A stretch of DNA of 64,000 nucleotides from an uncultured Oscillospiraceae bacterium (lineage in GTDB: Bacteria > Bacillota > Clostridia > Oscillospirales > Oscillospiraceae), in assembly GCA_910589085.1 (NCBI GenBank), contig CAJUSG010000001.1, forward strand, positions 15,708 to 79,707. The letters run 5' to 3'. This document shows, piece by piece, positions 17,288 through 27,499 of the stretch. How positions within the stretch are numbered: the stretch's first letter is position 1; each line of letters starts with the position of its first letter. The notes under the pieces were generated by a model. It made no database searches. It was not told where the DNA came from and worked only from the letters and a program-made list of their open reading frames with translations. The translations under genes and the position numbers were made by a program.

Positions 17288-18175
17288 ATGCGCTATGACA
17301 GTGATTTACTGTACCGGCCGCCGGGTGAGTGGAAAAGCTACCTGCTCCAGTGTACCATCGGCTGCTCCAATAACCAGTGTACCTTCTGCGGGATGTACAA
17401 GGAGAAGAAATTCCGCATCCGTCCGGTGTCGGACATTCTGGAGGACATTGACATGGCCCGGGAATACTATGGTCCGGAGCTGCGGCGGGTGTTCCTCATG
17501 GACGGGGATGCCATCATCATGAAGACGGAAGAGCTGCTGCAAATCCTCCATAAGCTCTATGACAGGTTTCCCAAGCTGGAGAAGGTGACCCTCTACGCCG
17601 GGCCAAAGAGCACGCTGTCCAAATCGCCAGAGGAGCTGCGCACCCTGCGGAAGGCCGGTCTGTCCCGGGCCTATCTTGGGGTGGAGAGCGGAAGCGATCA
17701 GGTCCTCCGCTTTATCCGCAAGGGGGTCTCCGCCGAGCAGATGCTGCTGGCGGGCCAGCGGCTGGTGGAGGCGGGAATAGATCTGTGGGTCACTGTGATT
17801 TTGGGCATGACCGGAGCCAACGGGGAGGGGGGAGACTGGCAGGAGCATATCCTGTCCACCGCCAGGATGATAAACGCGATGCGGCCCCGGCATCTGTCCG
17901 CCATGACTTTTGCCCCGGCGAAGGGGACTCCGTTGGGGGAGGACGTGCTGGCCGGGCGGTTTGAGGTCTGTTCCGCGGACCATGTGCTGGAGGAGTGCCG
18001 CCTGCTGATTGAGCATTTGGATGTGGCCCCTCTCCACTTTACCAGTAACCATGCCTCCAACTATCTGCCCCTGAAGGGCGGCCTGCCGGAGGATAAAGAA
18101 AAATTCCTGGATATGATTGACCAGGCGCTGGCGGGGAAGATCCGTCTGCGCAAGACATTGGACCGGGGCATTTAA
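17288..18175 (+). CDS. Radical SAM protein
   Basis: CSNNQCTFC motif, FLMDGD, GVESG, SNHASNY. Confidence 0.88.
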   Translation: MRYDSDLLYRPPGEWKSYLLQCTIGCSNNQCTFCGMYKEKKFRIRPVSDILEDIDMAREYYGPELRRVFLMDGDAIIMKTEELLQILHKLYDRFPKLEKVTLYAGPKSTLSKSPEELRTLRKAGLSRAYLGVESGSDQVLRFIRKGVSAEQMLLAGQRLVEAGIDLWVTVILGMTGANGEGGDWQEHILSTARMINAMRPRHLSAMTFAPAKGTPLGEDVLAGRFEVCSADHVLEECRLLIEHLDVAPLHFTSNHASNYLPLKGGLPEDKEKFLDMIDQALAGKIRLRKTLDRGI

Positions 18176-18374
18176 ACGTAAAAAGCTACCGCCCATCTCC
18201 AGGCTGAAAAGCCTGGGGATGGGCGGTACATTTGGGCAGTTTTTTTGTCTGATCTTGATTGTATTGGATGAATTTTTATGGATAAACAGTTATTCTTATG
18301 TAAATCGGATATATTGCACAAGAATAGGAGCAGATTTATAGGCAGTTTTGCCCTTGTTTTGACGGTTTGAATTG

Positions 18375-18391
18375 GTTACAATGTGGTTACA
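18375..18391 (-). promoter_or_regulatory. WalR/OmpR-type direct-repeat box
   Basis: TGTAAC-N5-TGTAAC on the minus strand, upstream of a cell wall hydrolase. Confidence 0.5.
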
Positions 18392-18458
18392 AAAGTAACA
18401 TGAACGGCTTTTGGTTGTCATAATTATGACAAAATATGTATCCAAAGGAGTGCAGACA

Positions 18459-19454
18459 ATGAAACGCAAGCTGTTTTCCGCTGTGCTGGGCGTCTTTGCC
18501 ATGCTCCTCCTGATGGGCGCCGCCGCTGTCCCTGAGCGACCGGCGGCCGCCCTCCTGGCAGAGGAGGAGAGCGCTGTCCTCGTGGACATAACGCTTGAGA
18601 CTGACGCGAAACTGTTCAACGCAAAACTGGCACAGTCCGTTTTAGCGGCCACCGGCCTGGACCCGCTGGCAGTTGCTGATGCCGCCGAGGAGACCGCCAA
18701 CAGCGTTCCCACGGGCGATGAGACACTGCTGATTGACGGACAGCCCACCCCCCTTACCCTGGGAAAGCATATGGTCGGCAGCACAACCTATGTGTCGCTG
18801 GACGTCATGGCCCAGCTGCTGGACCCGTCTGCCCAGGTCGGATGGGAGGGCTCCAGCCTGACTGTCACCGCGAACGGGCTGTCTCTGACCGCCCAGCTGG
18901 GTCAGCTCTATGTAGTGGCCAACGGCAGATATCTCTATGTGCCGGAGCTGGTGCAGGGGAGCGAGGGAGGACAGGTATCTGTTCCCCTGCGGACGGTGGC
19001 CAAGGCCTTTGGCGCAGCGGTAAATTATGACAGCGCTACCAAGGTCACCTCGGTAACCCGGGGGTCCGGCGCGATTCAGCCTGGCGACAGCTACTACGAC
19101 CAGGAGGACCTGTTCTGGCTGTCCCGGGTAATCTACCGTGAGAGCGGCAACCAGACTATGGAGGGCCAGATGGCTGTGGGCAATGTGATTCTGAACCGGA
19201 TTGCGGACCCCATTTTTCCTGACACAGTAGAGGGTGTGCTGGCTCAAAAAAACCAGTTCAGCACCTATGCCTCCGGCGTGCTGGCCAAAACAGATCCCTC
19301 CCAGGCCAGTGTCATCGCTGCCAAGCTGGTGCTGGACGGCGGTGTGGTGGAGGAGACCCGCGGAGCGCTGTTCTTCGATTCCGGGGTTAACAGCTGGGCT
19401 TCCCGCAACAGGGAACACATAGCTACCTTGGGCGGACACAAATTTTATGGGTAA
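18459..19454 (+). CDS. Secreted cell wall hydrolase (SleB/Hydrolase_2) with a copper-amine-oxidase-N-like domain
   Basis: Signal peptide; LSRVIYRES, AVGNVILNR, FPDTV, QFS, GGHKFY. Confidence 0.88.
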   Translation: MKRKLFSAVLGVFAMLLLMGAAAVPERPAAALLAEEESAVLVDITLETDAKLFNAKLAQSVLAATGLDPLAVADAAEETANSVPTGDETLLIDGQPTPLTLGKHMVGSTTYVSLDVMAQLLDPSAQVGWEGSSLTVTANGLSLTAQLGQLYVVANGRYLYVPELVQGSEGGQVSVPLRTVAKAFGAAVNYDSATKVTSVTRGSGAIQPGDSYYDQEDLFWLSRVIYRESGNQTMEGQMAVGNVILNRIADPIFPDTVEGVLAQKNQFSTYASGVLAKTDPSQASVIAAKLVLDGGVVEETRGALFFDSGVNSWASRNREHIATLGGHKFYG

Positions 19455-19649
19455 TATTGAAAAGACCGCCAGCAGGCGGTCTTTTCATATTTAGAAGCTG
19501 TACCAATACACATCTTTTTGGCGCACTTCGGCCAATGGCACGGTCTCTTAAATAAATTTTCAAAATGGGTCTTTTCTTTTTGTATATTCATGTATATAAT
19601 ATCTTAGGATATGAATGTACCTAAATAACCCTTATGGAGGGAAATACTT

Positions 19650-20147
19650 ATGACAAGAAGCAGCGCAAGAGAGATTGCCGTGCATATCATTTTTTCCTTG
19701 GGCTTTGACCACCGCAGTGCGCAGGAGATTTTAGAAGCGGAGCTGACCCGGGAGCGCTTCCAGGAGCTGGCAGAGGAGCTGCCCCTCTACGCGCAGTTTC
19801 CCAACGAGAAGCAGGAGCGGTATATACGGGAGCTGGTCCAAGGGGTGTTTGTCCATGGACCAGAGCTGGATGACTGCATCAGCCGCTACTCTGTGGGCTG
19901 GGCCTTCGCCCGAATCCCCCGTATGGCGGCGGCAGTGATGCGTACCGCTATGTACGAGGTGCTCTATATGCCCGACATCCCTAACGCCGCAGCCATCAAC
20001 GAGGCGGTGGAAATCGCCAAAAAGTATGAGCCGGCAGAGGTGGTGTCCTTCCTCAACGGAATTTTGGGCACGTTTGTCCGAACGGAGTTTGAGGACACCC
20101 CGCCTAAGCCGGAGAAAAAGGAAACGGTCCCCCAGGAGGAGATGTGA
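19650..20147 (+). CDS. nusB: Transcription antitermination factor NusB
   Basis: TRSSARE, AAINEAVEIAKKY, FLNGILG. Confidence 0.92.
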   Translation: MTRSSAREIAVHIIFSLGFDHRSAQEILEAELTRERFQELAEELPLYAQFPNEKQERYIRELVQGVFVHGPELDDCISRYSVGWAFARIPRMAAAVMRTAMYEVLYMPDIPNAAAINEAVEIAKKYEPAEVVSFLNGILGTFVRTEFEDTPPKPEKKETVPQEEM

Positions 20148-21085
20148 TGTCTGTTCTGGGACTGGATACCAGCAATTATACCACCTCGGCGGCCACCTTT
20201 GATGGACAATCAGGGGAGAATCTGGGCCGCCTTCTGGATGTGCGCCCCGGCGAATTGGGGCTCAGACAGAGTGATGCCCTGTTTCAGCATGTAAAGCGGC
20301 TGCCCTGCCTGCTGGAGCAGCTGGCGGAGGAGGGGCGGCTGGAAAATATTCGGGCCGTGGGGGCGTCTACCCGCCCCAGGGCGGTGGAGGGCTCCTATAT
20401 GCCCTGCTTCCTGGCGGGGGAGGGGCAGGGGCGTGGAATCGCCGCTGTTTTGGGCGTGCCTTTTTATGCCCACTCCCACCAACAGGGGCATCTGGCGGCT
20501 GCCGCCTGGTCCGCCGGGCGGCTGGACCTGCTGGACAGCTCCTTTCTGGCCTGGCACCTGTCAGGAGGGACCACCGAGCTGCTACTGGTGAGGCCGGAGG
20601 GGACCTCCGTGTCCGCTGAGATCATCGGCGGTACCAGCGACCTGTCTGCCGGGCAGTTGATTGACCGTACCGGGGTGCTGCTGGGGCTGCAATTTCCGGC
20701 AGGTAAGGCTCTGGATGGGCTGTATGCCCAGGCGGATGCCTGCTATGAGCCCCGGGTCAAGGTAAAAGAGCTGACATTCTCCTTGTCCGGCATGGAGAAT
20801 CAGGTGAAAGCTCTGGCTGACGAGGGGGAGAGCCCTGCCAACATCGCCCGTTTTGCTATTGATGCAATTTCTAATGTAGTGTGGCGGGTCACCCAGGAGG
20901 CTCAGCGGCGCTACCCTGGCCTGCCTGTGCTGTGTTCCGGTGGAGTGGCCTCCAACTCACAGTTGCAGGCGGGGCTGATCCATATCTGCGGAGCTATCTG
21001 CGCAAAACCCCAATATTCCACCGACAACGCCATAGGGACGGCTATTCTCACTTGGCGGGCGGCCCGGGCGGAGGGGAAGCTATGA
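20147..21085 (+). CDS. TsaD-like / peptidase M22 family protein
   Basis: LGLDTSNYTTS, SHQQGH, HLSGGTT, GGVASN, DNAIG; usual position after nusB. Confidence 0.8.
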   Translation: MSVLGLDTSNYTTSAATFDGQSGENLGRLLDVRPGELGLRQSDALFQHVKRLPCLLEQLAEEGRLENIRAVGASTRPRAVEGSYMPCFLAGEGQGRGIAAVLGVPFYAHSHQQGHLAAAAWSAGRLDLLDSSFLAWHLSGGTTELLLVRPEGTSVSAEIIGGTSDLSAGQLIDRTGVLLGLQFPAGKALDGLYAQADACYEPRVKVKELTFSLSGMENQVKALADEGESPANIARFAIDAISNVVWRVTQEAQRRYPGLPVLCSGGVASNSQLQAGLIHICGAICAKPQYSTDNAIGTAILTWRAARAEGKL

Positions 21086-22341
21086 GAGAGGACGCCATAC
21101 TGACCCCGGGCCAGGTGGGCCAGTATTTGAAAAATATAATGGACCGGGACCAGCTTTTATCCCGGCTGCTGGTGCGGGGAGAACTGTCTAACTACAAGAT
21201 GTACCCCTCCGGACACCACTATTTTACTCTGAAGGACGGAGAGGGAGCCCTTCGGTGCGTTATGTTCCGCAGCGATGCCCAGTCGCTGCGGTTCCGTCCA
21301 GAAAACGGGATGCAAGTCATTGCCGCCGGACGGGTTACCGTCTTTCCACGGGATGGTCAGTATCAGCTTTACTGTGCTCGGCTCACCCCCGAGGGGGTGG
21401 GCGATTTGGCCCTGGCCTTTGAGCAGCTAAAGGAAAAGCTGGCCCGGGAGGGTCTCTTTGATCAGGTCCAAAAGAGGGAAATTCCCCAATTCCCTGGAAA
21501 AATTGCCCTCATTACCTCACCTGCCGGTGCTGCGGTACAAGATATGATCCGCATTTTAGGAGCCCGATGGCCATTGACGGAAATTAAGGTAATTCCAGTG
21601 CGGGTCCAAGGGGCGGAGGCCTCCCAGGAGATTGCAGCGGCTATCCAGTGGGCCAACTGGCACCATGCGGCTGATCTGATTATTACAGGCCGGGGAGGCG
21701 GTTCCATAGAGGATCTTTGGGCCTTCAATGAGGAGGTGGTGGCCCGGGCCATCTACGCCTCAGAGATTCCCGTGATCTCCGCTGTGGGCCACGAGCCCGA
21801 CGTGACCATCGCTGATTTTGTGGCTGACCTGCGGGCATCCACCCCCTCGAATGCCGCTGAGCTGGCAGTCCCCGACCAGAATGAGGTATATATGTCGCTT
21901 TTGGGGGAAAGAGAACGGCTGAATGGGGCGATATCGGCCAGGCTGGTCCAATACCGGCAGACCTTGAAACGGTTGGCCGGCAGCCGGCCGATGACGGAAC
22001 CGGCCTCCTATTTCCGGGAAAAACGGTTGCTGCTGGACTTTCAAAGCAGCCGTCTGACCTACGGCCTGCGCCATGCTGCGGCAGGACAGCGGGAGAGGTT
22101 GACCGCTCTGTCGGCCGCCCTGCCCAACGAAGCGGAGCGGCTGTTGAACAGACGCAGGGAGAGACTGAAGTCGCTGGCCGCATCGCTGGATGCCCTGAGC
22201 CCGCTGAAGGTGCTGGGGCGGGGCTACTCCATCGCACATCGGGAGGACGGAAAAGCGGTTGTCTCCATATCGGATGTGGAATCTGGTGATAAATTAAAGC
22301 TGACTTTGTCAGATGGCAGTGTGGATTGTCAGGTAATATAG
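21082..22341 (+). CDS. xseA: Exodeoxyribonuclease VII large subunit
   Basis: SGHHYFTLKD, RGGGSIEDLW, SAVGHE, STPSNAAE. Confidence 0.95.
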   Translation: MREDAILTPGQVGQYLKNIMDRDQLLSRLLVRGELSNYKMYPSGHHYFTLKDGEGALRCVMFRSDAQSLRFRPENGMQVIAAGRVTVFPRDGQYQLYCARLTPEGVGDLALAFEQLKEKLAREGLFDQVQKREIPQFPGKIALITSPAGAAVQDMIRILGARWPLTEIKVIPVRVQGAEASQEIAAAIQWANWHHAADLIITGRGGGSIEDLWAFNEEVVARAIYASEIPVISAVGHEPDVTIADFVADLRASTPSNAAELAVPDQNEVYMSLLGERERLNGAISARLVQYRQTLKRLAGSRPMTEPASYFREKRLLLDFQSSRLTYGLRHAAAGQRERLTALSAALPNEAERLLNRRRERLKSLAASLDALSPLKVLGRGYSIAHREDGKAVVSISDVESGDKLKLTLSDGSVDCQVI

Positions 22342-22356
22342 AAAAGGAGTATGGCT

Positions 22357-22593
22357 ATGGCCGCGAGAAAAAAGCTGGATTTTGAGAAATCTATGGCCCG
22401 ACTGGAGGAGATCGTCTCCTTGCTGGAGAAGGGAGACGCCCCCCTTGCCCAGGCGATGTCCCTTTTTGAGGAGGGGGCCAAGCTGCTGCGGGAATGTACC
22501 AAAGAGTTGGATGAGGCGGAGCAGAAGGTGAGTATTCTGACCGCCGGAAAAGACGGAGAAATTGTGGAGGAGCCCTTCTTGGGCAATAACTGA
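22357..22593 (+). CDS. xseB: Exodeoxyribonuclease VII small subunit
   Basis: FEKSMARLEEIV..LE.G..L..AM.LFEEG. Confidence 0.93.
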   Translation: MAARKKLDFEKSMARLEEIVSLLEKGDAPLAQAMSLFEEGAKLLRECTKELDEAEQKVSILTAGKDGEIVEEPFLGNN

Positions 22594-22594
22594 C

Positions 22595-23473
22595 ATGGAA
22601 AATTCCTTTACAGATAGAATGGCCTTGGACCAGGCCATGATTGAGGATTATTTGGGGAAAGCCTTTGCCGGAGAGACCCGCTGTGCCGACTTGCAGGAGG
22701 CGATGGAGTACTCTCTGCTGGCGGGAGGCAAGCGTGTCCGTCCGGTGCTTACCCTGGAGACCTGCCGCATGTGCGGTGGAGACATACAGGCGGCCCTGCC
22801 CTTTGCCTGCGCGGTGGAGATGGTTCACACCTACTCCCTGATCCATGACGATCTGCCCGCTATGGACAACGACGATCTACGCCGGGGGCGGTCCACCAAT
22901 CATGTGGTCTATGGTGAGGCCACCGCAATTTTGGCGGGAGATGCCCTGCTCACCGCCGCCTTTGAACAGTTGACCAGGGCCAGCCTGCCCGCTCAGCGAA
23001 TTGTTGAGGCGGTGCAGTGCCTGTCCCATGCCGCTGGATCTGCCGGTATGGTGGGGGGGCAGGCCCTGGACATGGCCGGAGAGGGGCGGGCCTTGGACCG
23101 GACGGACCTGGAGCTGCTTCAAAGCCTGAAAACAGGGGCACTGATCTCCGCTGCCGCCGAACTGGGCTGTATTGCCGCCGGAGGCACCTGTGAACAGCGG
23201 CTCCAGGTGAAGGCATATGCGCAGGCTCTGGGGCGGGCGTTTCAGGTGCGGGATGATATGCTGGATGTCACCAGCTCCCAGGAGGAACTGGGCAAGTCGG
23301 TGGGCTCTGACCAGGCCAATGAGAAGAGCACCTTTGTCACTGCGCTGGGCCTGGAGGGCTGTGCCGTCCTGGTGGAGCAGCTGACTCAGCAGGGCATAGA
23401 GGCGCTCAGCTCTTTTGAAGCCCCGGATTTCCACATCTGGCTGGCCCGATCCCTGGCCCAGAGGACAAAATAA
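22595..23473 (+). CDS. ispA: Farnesyl diphosphate synthase
   Basis: GGKRVRP, HDDLPAMDNDDLRRG, FQVRDD. Confidence 0.92.
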   Translation: MENSFTDRMALDQAMIEDYLGKAFAGETRCADLQEAMEYSLLAGGKRVRPVLTLETCRMCGGDIQAALPFACAVEMVHTYSLIHDDLPAMDNDDLRRGRSTNHVVYGEATAILAGDALLTAAFEQLTRASLPAQRIVEAVQCLSHAAGSAGMVGGQALDMAGEGRALDRTDLELLQSLKTGALISAAAELGCIAAGGTCEQRLQVKAYAQALGRAFQVRDDMLDVTSSQEELGKSVGSDQANEKSTFVTALGLEGCAVLVEQLTQQGIEALSSFEAPDFHIWLARSLAQRTK

Positions 23474-23497
23474 TCAGCTTCCAGGAGGAATAGCGCT

Positions 23498-25366
23498 TTG
23501 ACTGTGACTGATGTGAAAAATCAGTATGAGCCACTCCTCTCCCGCCTGAACGATCAGGAGGGAGAGGCTTTGTGTGCCCGGATGCGCCAGGAATTGGTGG
23601 AAAACGTATCTAAAACCGGCGGCCACCTGGCCTCCAACCTGGGAGCGGTGGAGCTGACCGTGGCGATTCACCGGGTATTTGACACATCGGTGGATCGGCT
23701 GGTTTTTGATGTGGGGCACCAGTGCTACCCCCATAAGATGCTCACTGGCCGCCGGGAAAAGATGTCAACCCTGCGGCAGTATGGCGGCATAGCCGGCTTT
23801 CCGAAGCCCAGTGAGAGCGTCCACGATGCCTTTATTGCCGGACATGCCTCCAACTCGGTGGCGGTGGCACTTGGGATGGCTCGGGCCAGAACCATGCTGG
23901 AAGAGGACTACAAGGTGATCGCCCTGATTGGAGACGGCGCCCTCACCGGCGGGCTGTCCTACGAGGGGCTGTCCAACGCGGGGGAGTGCGGCCAGCAGAT
24001 TTTGGTTATCCTCAACGACAACGGCATGTCTATTACTCCAAATGTGGGCGGTATAGCGGACCATCTGGCTAAACAGCGGCTAAAGCCGCAGTACCTCACA
24101 TTTAAAAAGCACTACCGCAGAATTATGAACGCCAACGCTTTGGGGCGCGCGGTTTACCGGGTAACCCACCGGATAAAGCAGGCTCTGAAACAGACACTGC
24201 TGCCCTGCAGTATGTTCGAGGATATGGGATTTCACTATCTGGGGCCGGTAGATGGGCACAATCTGCCCCTGTTGACCAAGATTCTGCGGTATGCCAAGGA
24301 GCTGGATGAGCCTGTTTTGCTCCATGTGAAAACCGTAAAGGGAAAAGGGTTTACACCTGCGGAGGAGAATCCTGACTCATTTCACGGGGTCGCCCCCTTT
24401 GACCCCGCTACAGGAAAAGCGAAACGGGAGGCGGGAGAGAATTTTTCAGCGGTTTTTGGCCGGACCCTGACTCGGCTGGCCGGACAGGACAGGCGGGTGT
24501 GTGCCGTTACCGCCGCCATGACCGGGGGAACAGGGCTGGAGAGATTTGCCCAAACGTTTCCAGACCGCTTTTTCGATGTAGGGATCGCCGAGGGTGCCGC
24601 CGTCTCCATGGCCGCTGGGATGGCCAAACAGGGTGCGCTTCCGGTATTTGCAGTATATTCCACTTTTTTGCAGCGCTCCTACGATATGCTTCTGCATGAT
24701 GTGGCCATCGACAACCTCCACGTGGTACTAGGAGTGGACCGGGCCGGTCTGGTGGGAGACGACGGTGAAACCCACCATGGCCTCTTTGATGTGGCATACC
24801 TGGACACTGTGCCCAATATGACGGTACTGGCCCCGGCCAGCTTTGCTGAGCTGGAGGTTATGCTGAACCGGGCCCTGTTCCACTTGAGCGGCCCAGTAGC
24901 GGTGCGGTATCCCAGAGGCGGAGAGGGAGCGTATCTGGGATCGGGCGGTGAGGAGCCGGCGGTGATTCTGCGCCGGGGGAGTGATATCACATTGGTGAGC
25001 TATGGCACGGAGATCAACGATGTACTGGAGGCCGCCCGGCTTTTGGAGGCACAGGGTGTCCAGGCTGAGGTTGTAAAGATAAATCAACTTACACCCCTTG
25101 ATTCAGAACTGGTTGAGCGGTCTGTCCGCAAGACAGGTGTGCTGCTGGCGGCGGAGGAGCAGTGTGCCCAGGGCTGTATAGGCCAGCGGCTGGCCGCCCG
25201 GCTGGAGTTGTCCGGAATCCCGGGCAAAACGGTTCTGGTCAACTGCGGCAAGGGCTTTGTTCCCCATGGAGCGGCTTCCTTGCTGAAGCGTGATCTTTCA
25301 CTGGATGGGATGGGGATATGCAAAAAAGCGCTGGAGGTGTTGGGCCGTGGCCAAACGGAGGCTTGA
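23498..25366 (+). CDS. dxs: 1-deoxy-D-xylulose-5-phosphate synthase
   Basis: GGHLASNLG, FDVGHQ, GDGA, NDNGMSI, DRAGLVG. Confidence 0.96.
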   Translation: MTVTDVKNQYEPLLSRLNDQEGEALCARMRQELVENVSKTGGHLASNLGAVELTVAIHRVFDTSVDRLVFDVGHQCYPHKMLTGRREKMSTLRQYGGIAGFPKPSESVHDAFIAGHASNSVAVALGMARARTMLEEDYKVIALIGDGALTGGLSYEGLSNAGECGQQILVILNDNGMSITPNVGGIADHLAKQRLKPQYLTFKKHYRRIMNANALGRAVYRVTHRIKQALKQTLLPCSMFEDMGFHYLGPVDGHNLPLLTKILRYAKELDEPVLLHVKTVKGKGFTPAEENPDSFHGVAPFDPATGKAKREAGENFSAVFGRTLTRLAGQDRRVCAVTAAMTGGTGLERFAQTFPDRFFDVGIAEGAAVSMAAGMAKQGALPVFAVYSTFLQRSYDMLLHDVAIDNLHVVLGVDRAGLVGDDGETHHGLFDVAYLDTVPNMTVLAPASFAELEVMLNRALFHLSGPVAVRYPRGGEGAYLGSGGEEPAVILRRGSDITLVSYGTEINDVLEAARLLEAQGVQAEVVKINQLTPLDSELVERSVRKTGVLLAAEEQCAQGCIGQRLAARLELSGIPGKTVLVNCGKGFVPHGAASLLKRDLSLDGMGICKKALEVLGRGQTEA

Positions 25367-26159
25367 TGTTGCGATAACAGAGCTGGGGCTGGCGGAGAGC
25401 CGCCAGAAGGCACAGGCCCTTATCATGGCCGGAGAGGTCTATGTCAACGGCCAGAAACAGCTGAAAGCCGGGACCTGTGTTGAGGAGGATGACAGCCTGG
25501 AGGTGCGAACCAAAAATCCTCTGCGCTATGTGAGCAGGGGCGGTTTGAAGCTGGAGAAGGCGATGGGACTGTGGCCGATTCAGCTAAAGGACAAAATCTG
25601 CGCCGACATCGGGGCATCTACCGGCGGTTTTACCGACTGCATGCTTCAGAATGGGGCGAAATTGGTGTACGCCGTAGATGTGGGCTACAATCAGCTGGAT
25701 TGGAAGCTGCGTACCCACCCCCAGGTGATCTGTATGGAGCGCACCAATGCCCGATATCTGACCAGCGAGCAGATCCCGGAACCTCTGGACTTTTTTTCGG
25801 TGGATGTCTCCTTTATCTCACTGCACCTGATTCTGCCCGCGCTGCGGCCCCTGATGAGGGAGGACGGCCAGGCGGTATGTCTGGTAAAACCCCAATTTGA
25901 GGCCGGAAAGGGGAAGGTGGGCAAGAAAGGGGTAGTGAGGGACCCGGCTGTTCACCTGGAGGTGCTGGAGGGCTTTTTGGAGCACGCCAGCCAGGCCGGT
26001 TTTTTTGTCAAGGACATCACCTTTTCTCCCATCAAGGGTCCGGAGGGCAACATTGAGTATTTGGGTTACCTTCAGGCGGGAGAAAATTCTGACTGGAGCG
26101 GCGATTTGAGGGCTTTGGTAGAGCAGTCCCACAGCGCTTGGAAAGAGGGGGAGACATGA
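25347..26159 (+). CDS. tlyA: TlyA family rRNA methyltransferase
   Basis: YVSRGGLKL, DIGASTGGFT, LVKPQFE. Confidence 0.93.
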   Translation: MAKRRLDVAITELGLAESRQKAQALIMAGEVYVNGQKQLKAGTCVEEDDSLEVRTKNPLRYVSRGGLKLEKAMGLWPIQLKDKICADIGASTGGFTDCMLQNGAKLVYAVDVGYNQLDWKLRTHPQVICMERTNARYLTSEQIPEPLDFFSVDVSFISLHLILPALRPLMREDGQAVCLVKPQFEAGKGKVGKKGVVRDPAVHLEVLEGFLEHASQAGFFVKDITFSPIKGPEGNIEYLGYLQAGENSDWSGDLRALVEQSHSAWKEGET

Positions 26160-27028
26160 AGATTGTGTTGAGCTCCAATCCTTACCGGGACAAGGGGCTG
26201 AGGGTGGCCTTGGAGGCGCGGCGGGTACTGGAGCATTCCGGAGCTCAGACGGTTTTATGTCTGCCCTTCCAGCCCAAAAAGGGAGACCGGCTGGACCTGC
26301 CGCGCCAGGTGCCGCTGTCTCTGCTGGACAAGGAACTTCCTACCGCTGACCTGCTGGTATGCTTTGGAGGGGACGGCACGATCCTTCACGCGGCCCGGGA
26401 CGCCACCCTCCATGGAGTTCCCATTTTAGGGGTCAACATGGGCAGTGTAGGGTTTATGGCGGAGCTGGAACGCAGTGAGCTGCCGCTGCTGGCCCCACTG
26501 GCCCACGGTATGTACACCATTGAAGAGCGGATGATGCTGGATGTAAAGGTGCTGCGCGGGGAGAAGGTTGTCAGCCAGGATATGGCCCTCAATGATGCGG
26601 TCATTTCCAAGGGATCCATGGCCAGGGTAGCTGAGATGGAAGTGTTCGCAGATCGTGTAAAGGTAACTGGCATTACAGGAGATGGCGTCATTGTCGCTAC
26701 GCCGACAGGCTCCACGGCCTACTCTATGTCCGCGGGCGGGCCTATCGTGGAGCCGACCTCAAAAAGTATTGTTGTTACCCCCGTCTGCGCCCACCAGCTG
26801 ACTGCCCGGGCTATGGTGCTGGCTCCGGAGCGGATCGTCACCGTGCAGCTGCCCAGAGGAAATAGAAAGTATTTATACTTGTCAGTAGATGGGGGGAAGG
26901 CTGTTCGCCTGTCCGGAGGAGACCGGGTGGATATCTGCCGGTCTCAGCGGTTTACCCAGCTGGTCCGGCTGGCCGACCGGAGCTTTTATCAGGTCATCAA
27001 TCAGAAACTGGGAGGATTGGCTCCATGA
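26156..27028 (+). CDS. nadK: NAD kinase
   Basis: GGDGT, LND, TPTGSTAYSMSAGG. Confidence 0.93.
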   Translation: MKIVLSSNPYRDKGLRVALEARRVLEHSGAQTVLCLPFQPKKGDRLDLPRQVPLSLLDKELPTADLLVCFGGDGTILHAARDATLHGVPILGVNMGSVGFMAELERSELPLLAPLAHGMYTIEERMMLDVKVLRGEKVVSQDMALNDAVISKGSMARVAEMEVFADRVKVTGITGDGVIVATPTGSTAYSMSAGGPIVEPTSKSIVVTPVCAHQLTARAMVLAPERIVTVQLPRGNRKYLYLSVDGGKAVRLSGGDRVDICRSQRFTQLVRLADRSFYQVINQKLGGLAP

Positions 27029-27477
27029 AAAATGCGCGGCAGAGTGAGATTTTGAATATTGTGCAAAACAAGGATGTAGATACCCAGGAGCAGCTTCTGG
27101 AGGAGCTGCGGGCCCGGGGCTATCACACCACCCAGGCCACTATTTCCCGGGACATTAAGGAGCTTCGCCTGGTGAAGGAGCTCACAGGCTCGGGCGGCTA
27201 CCGCTACACCATCTCTGAGCGAAAGGCGGCATCGGCTTTTGATACCCGTCTGCGGAATATTTTTAAAGAGGGCGTAGTTTCTGTGGATGTGGCCCAAAAT
27301 ATTGTGGTGGTGCGCACTATGCCTGGTTTAGCCTCCGCGGCCTGCTCCACGCTGGACGCCATGGATATTGACGGAATGGTGGGCAGTCTGGCCGGAGACG
27401 ACACCGGTATTTTAATTATGAGGGACAATTCCTTCGCCCAGCAGTTCAGCGGCGAGGTACACAAGCTGTTAAAATAG
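27025..27477 (+). CDS. argR: Arginine repressor
   Basis: TQATISRDIKEL, AGDDT. Confidence 0.95.
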   Translation: MKNARQSEILNIVQNKDVDTQEQLLEELRARGYHTTQATISRDIKELRLVKELTGSGGYRYTISERKAASAFDTRLRNIFKEGVVSVDVAQNIVVVRTMPGLASAACSTLDAMDIDGMVGSLAGDDTGILIMRDNSFAQQFSGEVHKLLK

Positions 27478-27499
27478 AGAGAACAGGAGGGGAGGCACT

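Noticed and set aside
19581..19594. ARG box upstream of the nusB-argR operon
   Set aside because: Several mismatches and no clear tandem partner
22060..22200. Internal duplication in the XseA C-terminus
   Set aside because: Normal variation in the helical repeats of this family
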